A stretch of DNA of 64,000 nt from assembly GCA_965226585.1 (NCBI GenBank), contig OZ245366.1, forward strand, positions 608,001 to 672,000. The letters are read 5' to 3'. Every line of letters begins with the position of its first letter. Position 1 is the first letter of the stretch. Under the pieces are notes generated by a model. That model was not told where the DNA came from. It worked only from the letters and a program-made list of their open reading frames with translations, and ran no database searches. The DNA is from Thermodesulfobacteriota bacterium. GTDB taxonomy: Bacteria > Desulfobacterota_D > UBA1144 > Nemesobacterales > Mycalebacteriaceae. The position numbers were made by a program, and so were the translations under genes. Positions 60,111 to 64,000 of the stretch are shown here, piece after piece.

Positions 60111-61078
60111 ACGCGCCTTCACACATAACTGAGATACTTGAGAAAGGGCGGAGTTTTCTGCTCACCTCGCACAAAGATCCCGATTCAGACGCGCTCGGCT
60201 CCATGCTCGCCCTTGCTGAACTGCTTGAATCACGCGGCAAATCCGTTTCTCTCCACTGCACGGGCGGAGTGCCGTCTTTTCTCAACTTCCTTCCGGGCTC
60301 TGAAAAGATAAGCGGCGGCATTCCCTCCGGCGCGGAGTTTGACGCCCTTGTTGTTCTTGACTGCCCGCACCCTTCCCGCGCCGGAGAGGATTTTGAGAAA
60401 TACGCCGCGTCATCATCCGCCCCTCTTGTGATAATAGACCATCACGAGCCGAAAGAGGTTGAGGGGGCGGTCAAGTGGGCTGACCCTTCCGCGCCCGCGA
60501 CCGGAATTCTTGTGCACGCCATTTTCAAATCGTTTTCCGCTCCCTTCACAAAACAGAGCGCGACCTGCGTGTACGCGGCAATTTCCGGAGACACGGGCTC
60601 TTTCAGGTTTTCAAACACCACTTCGGAATGTTTTGACATAGTGTCTGAGATGGTTTTGGCGGGCGCGTCTCCGCAAGAGGTGTCAAGCGAGATATTTGAA
60701 AATCAGACACGCGAGCGTCTCACGCTTCTGGGGCGGGTTCTTGAAACGCTCACAACCGATGACACCGGCAAAGTCGCCTGGGTTCGCATAGACAGGGAAA
60801 CATTTGAGTCCACCCGCACATCAAGGGAAGACAGCGAGGGAATGGTTGATATTCCGATGAGTTTGAAGGGAGTGCGGATAGCCATGCTTTTCAGGCAGGA
60901 GACGGCAAAAGGCAAAACGTTCTGGAAGGCGAGCATAAGGTCTCGCGGCAACACAGACGTTGCCAAGGTCGCGTCCGTGTTCGGGGGCGGCGGTCACAAA
61001 AACGCGGCGGGCTTCACATTTGAGGGCGATTTTGACAAACAGATAGGCAGGGTGCTTGATGAAATTAACGCCGCCTGA
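60107..61078 (+). CDS. nrnA: DHH/DHHA1 phosphoesterase (NrnA-like nanoRNase)
   Basis: HKDPDSDALGS, IDHH, DTGSFRF, SIRS, GGGGHKNAAG. Confidence 0.92.
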   Translation: MNAPSHITEILEKGRSFLLTSHKDPDSDALGSMLALAELLESRGKSVSLHCTGGVPSFLNFLPGSEKISGGIPSGAEFDALVVLDCPHPSRAGEDFEKYAASSSAPLVIIDHHEPKEVEGAVKWADPSAPATGILVHAIFKSFSAPFTKQSATCVYAAISGDTGSFRFSNTTSECFDIVSEMVLAGASPQEVSSEIFENQTRERLTLLGRVLETLTTDDTGKVAWVRIDRETFESTRTSREDSEGMVDIPMSLKGVRIAMLFRQETAKGKTFWKASIRSRGNTDVAKVASVFGGGGHKNAAGFTFEGDFDKQIGRVLDEINAA

Positions 61079-61095
61079 CACACGTTTTTACAAAC

Positions 61096-61123
61096 TGGAA
61101 AAGTTTTGCGGGGGTGATATACT
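61096..61123 (+). promoter_or_regulatory. Putative rpsO-pnp promoter (TGGAAA-N16-TATACT, TGn extension)
   Basis: TGATATACT extended -10 about 130 nt before rpsO. Confidence 0.5.
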
Positions 61124-61252
61124 CCCGCTGTTCCTTGAACGGGAAGCGCCGAAGTTCTTTTGCGGGTTTTCGCCCGCAGTTTCCGCTGATACTGCCGGGG
61201 TGGGATTTTTCAGAAAGTTCGGTTTGCATTAAATAAACTGGAGGATTGCGAA

Positions 61253-61522
61253 TTGCCTTTGGACAAAGACGTGAAGAAAAAAGTTATAGATGAGTTTGCC
61301 TCAAAGCCCGGAGACGTGGGCTCTTCGGCGGTTCAGATAGGCATACTCTCAAAACGGATAGAGCAGATATCCGCCCACACGGAAAAGATGAAAAAAGACG
61401 TTCATTCGCGCAGAGGGCTTGTGCGGCTTGTCGCGAAAAGAAGGAAACTTCTGAATTACATGAAGAACAACACTCCGGAGAAATACGCGGAGATTATCAA
61501 GGCGCTTGGTCTCAGACACTAA
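61253..61522 (+). CDS. rpsO: 30S ribosomal protein S15
   Basis: DVGSSAVQI, KDVHSRRGL, RRKLLNY, LGLR; TTG start with GGAGG. Confidence 0.97.
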   Translation: MPLDKDVKKKVIDEFASKPGDVGSSAVQIGILSKRIEQISAHTEKMKKDVHSRRGLVRLVAKRRKLLNYMKNNTPEKYAEIIKALGLRH

Positions 61523-61547
61523 GGCGTCATACAAAGGAGATTGAAAC

Positions 61548-63653
61548 TTGGCGGAAAAAACAGTTGAGAAAAACCTTTTCGGCTCTAACTACAAAATAGA
61601 GACGGGAACGGTTGCCAGACAGGCAAGCGGCGCGGTAATGATGCGCTGTGAAGACACGGTTGTTCTTGCGACCGTTGTTGCGGAGGCGGGCAAGATAGAC
61701 GAGGATTTTCTTCCGCTCACGGTCAATTATCAGGAGAAAACATACGCCGCCGGAAAGATACCGGGCGGATTTTTCAGAAGAGAGGGAAGACCCTCGGAGC
61801 AGGAGATTCTTACCTCCCGCCTTATAGACCGCTCCATCAGACCGCTTATAACAAAGAAGTTCACCTATCCCACGCAGGTGATGATAACGGTTCTTTCCGC
61901 AGACATGAAAGCGGATCCCGGAGTGCTTTCCGCAACTGCGGCTTCGGCGGCTCTCACCCTTTCAGATGTGCCGTTTGAAGGACCCATTGCCGGGGTGAAA
62001 GTGGGCAGAATAGGCGGACAGCTTGTTTGCAACCCGTCATACGAAGATCTGGAATCAAGCGACATAGACATCGTTGTTACCGGAACGGCGGACGCGATAG
62101 TGATGGTTGAGGGCGGAGCTAACGAGGTTTCCGAGCCCGACATAATTGAAGCCCTCATGTTTGCCCACGACCGCATAAAAGAACTGGTTGACTTGCAGAA
62201 GGAGCTTGCCGAAGGCATTGCTTCGGAGAACAGGGTTCTTGAAGACACGGACGAAAGCGGCGAGCCGTCAGAAATGCTGTCGGCGGTGCGTGATTTTGCC
62301 GGCTCTCTTCTTGAGCAGTCGGTTGTTCAGGCGTCCAAAGATGTTCGCCGCGCTGAGATATCCAAACTGCGCGCGCAGACGCTTGAAGAGGTTGGCAAGC
62401 GGTTTCCCGAACAGGAAGGCGCGCTCAAAAACGCTTTTGATAAACTCACAAAAGAAACGGTGCGTTCGCTGATAGTTGACAAGGGTGTCCGCCCCGATTC
62501 ACGCGACTGCACAACCATCAGGAACATAGATTCCAGTGTCGGGCTGCTTCCGCGTTCGCACGGTTCCGCCCTTTTCACACGCGGAGAAACGCAGGCGCTT
62601 GTGGTTGCAACGCTTGGAACTTCGTATTACGAGCAGAGGATAGACTCCCTTGAGGGCGACCTTAAAAAAAGTTTTATGCTTCACTACAATTTCCCGCCTT
62701 ATTCGGTTGGGGAAACCAGTTTCCGCCTTGCTCCCGGACGCAGGGAGATTGGTCACGGCGCACTTGCCGAGAGAGCGGTAAAGCCCCTGCTTCCGTCAAA
62801 AGAGGATTTTCCCTACACCATCAGGGTTGTTTCCGAGGTTCTTGAGTCAAACGGTTCATCGTCAATGGCGACTGTTTGCGGCGCTTCAATGGCTTTAATG
62901 GACGCCGGTGTGCCGATACGCGCCGCAGTTGGCGGCATAGCGATGGGGCTTATCAAAGAGGGTGACAAACTGGTGATACTTTCAGACATTCTTGGTGATG
63001 AAGACCATCTGGGCGACATGGATTTCAAGGTTGCCGGCACTGAGGCGGGGATTACGGCTTTACAGATGGACATAAAGATAGACGGTGTTACGAAAGAGAT
63101 ATTGTCAGACGCTTTAAGTCAGGCAAAAGACGCGCGTCTTCACGTGCTTGCCGAGATGGGTAAAACCCTTGGGTCTCCCAGCGAGGATATTTCCGCTCAC
63201 GCGCCCCGGATAATAACGACAAAGATACATCCCGATAAGATACGTGATGTGATTGGTTCGGGCGGCAAGGTCATCAACAAGTTGATAGAGGAGACCGGCG
63301 CGCAGATAGACATTCAGGATGACGGAAAGATATTGATTTCCTCGCCCGACAAAGAGTCATGCGACAACGCGCTTATGAGGATAGGGAAGATAATAGAGGA
63401 GATAGAGCCCGGCAAGGTATATTTCGGCAAGGTAAAGCGGGTGCTTGATTTTGGCGCGATAGTTGAGATGGACAACGGCAGAGACGGTCTTGTGCACATT
63501 TCCGAACTTGAAGAGGGCAGGGTGGAGAAGGTAACGGATGTCGTCAACGAAGGCGATGAGTTGCTTGTCAAATGCATTTCCAAGGAAAGAGATGGCAAAA
63601 TACGCCTCAGCCGCAAAGAGGCGCTTGACGAGAATATAGAGGATTATAAGTAG
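61548..63653 (+). CDS. pnp: Polyribonucleotide nucleotidyltransferase
   Basis: FLPLTVNY, FTRGETQ, RREIGHG, ESNGSSSMA, GDMDFKVAG; KH and S1 domains. Confidence 0.98.
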   Translation: MAEKTVEKNLFGSNYKIETGTVARQASGAVMMRCEDTVVLATVVAEAGKIDEDFLPLTVNYQEKTYAAGKIPGGFFRREGRPSEQEILTSRLIDRSIRPLITKKFTYPTQVMITVLSADMKADPGVLSATAASAALTLSDVPFEGPIAGVKVGRIGGQLVCNPSYEDLESSDIDIVVTGTADAIVMVEGGANEVSEPDIIEALMFAHDRIKELVDLQKELAEGIASENRVLEDTDESGEPSEMLSAVRDFAGSLLEQSVVQASKDVRRAEISKLRAQTLEEVGKRFPEQEGALKNAFDKLTKETVRSLIVDKGVRPDSRDCTTIRNIDSSVGLLPRSHGSALFTRGETQALVVATLGTSYYEQRIDSLEGDLKKSFMLHYNFPPYSVGETSFRLAPGRREIGHGALAERAVKPLLPSKEDFPYTIRVVSEVLESNGSSSMATVCGASMALMDAGVPIRAAVGGIAMGLIKEGDKLVILSDILGDEDHLGDMDFKVAGTEAGITALQMDIKIDGVTKEILSDALSQAKDARLHVLAEMGKTLGSPSEDISAHAPRIITTKIHPDKIRDVIGSGGKVINKLIEETGAQIDIQDDGKILISSPDKESCDNALMRIGKIIEEIEPGKVYFGKVKRVLDFGAIVEMDNGRDGLVHISELEEGRVEKVTDVVNEGDELLVKCISKERDGKIRLSRKEALDENIEDYK

Positions 63654-63667
63654 GGGGAGGGGAGGGG

Positions 63668-63928
63668 TTAACTCTTTTTCTTCTTTTTGGCTTTCTTTGC
63701 CAGTTTTTTATCGGTGAACATTTCTTGCGGGATGCCGGAACGCCTGATGATGTCTTTCAACGCTCCAACGGTTATGTCTTTCTTTGCGTGCTCTACAACT
63801 ACAACACTTCTGCCGAACTGATCTTTGTACACATGGTGACTGCCTTTCGTTCTTTGGTACACAAACCCGTTTTGCATAAGAATTTCTCTCACATCTGCAA
63901 AACGCAGGGGAACAATACGTTTACTCAC
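63668..63928 (-). CDS. hicA: HicA-family mRNA interferase toxin
   Basis: LMQNGF...KGSHHVY...VVVVEH...GALKDII; AT-rich. Confidence 0.88.
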   Translation of the reverse strand: MSKRIVPLRFADVREILMQNGFVYQRTKGSHHVYKDQFGRSVVVVEHAKKDITVGALKDIIRRSGIPQEMFTDKKLAKKAKKKKKS

Positions 63929-63931
63929 AGC

Positions 63932-64000
63932 TTATGAGTAATTGTGAATGGTGAGGGACAACGGTCTGACTTCAACTGCGTTATCTCCCATAACTTCCTG
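63932..64000 (-). CDS. 3' end of the gene upstream of hicA (truncated), probably the HicB antitoxin
   Basis: Open frame QEVMGDNAVEVRPLSLTIHNYS* ends 3 nt before the hicA GTG. Identity inferred from position only. Confidence 0.35.
   Translation of the reverse strand, partial: QEVMGDNAVEVRPLSLTIHNYS

Overview
Gene-dense 64 kb bacterial chromosome segment of moderately high GC, with about 65 CDSs. I saw no rRNA, tRNA, CRISPR array, transposase or prophage. Most content is core housekeeping: trxB, gyrB, proS, ispG, the ogt-pgpA-cinA-recA-tsaB string, parAB-purSQ, xerC-hslVU-argBDF, yajC-secDF-pheS-dcd, dapB, sucD, tkt-pgi-rpiA, ccmDEF, cobA/hemD, uvrB, rimP-nusA-infB-rbfA-nrnA and rpsO-pnp. The gene order looks Deltaproteobacteria/Desulfobacterota-like, possibly Ca. 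Dadabacteria; this is a low-confidence inference. Small accessory inserts are an AT-rich lipoprotein gene, vapBC, hicA with a probable hicB, and an uncharacterised two-gene module at 41125-43519. That module encodes a 4-TM coiled-coil protein and an exported vWA-like protein behind their own promoter, and is my best candidate for an undescribed system. Other points worth checking: a TusA-cysteine synthase-JAMM cluster with no ubiquitin-like carrier, whose JAMM protein itself ends in Gly-Gly; a heterodimeric ABC exporter with a large in-frame NBD deletion; a CxxxY-type CcmE locus with two unannotated micro-ORFs; recurrent 16-bp-spacer sigma70 promoters; strong TCGA avoidance; and many split operons. 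All calls come from motif recognition by eye; no searches were run.
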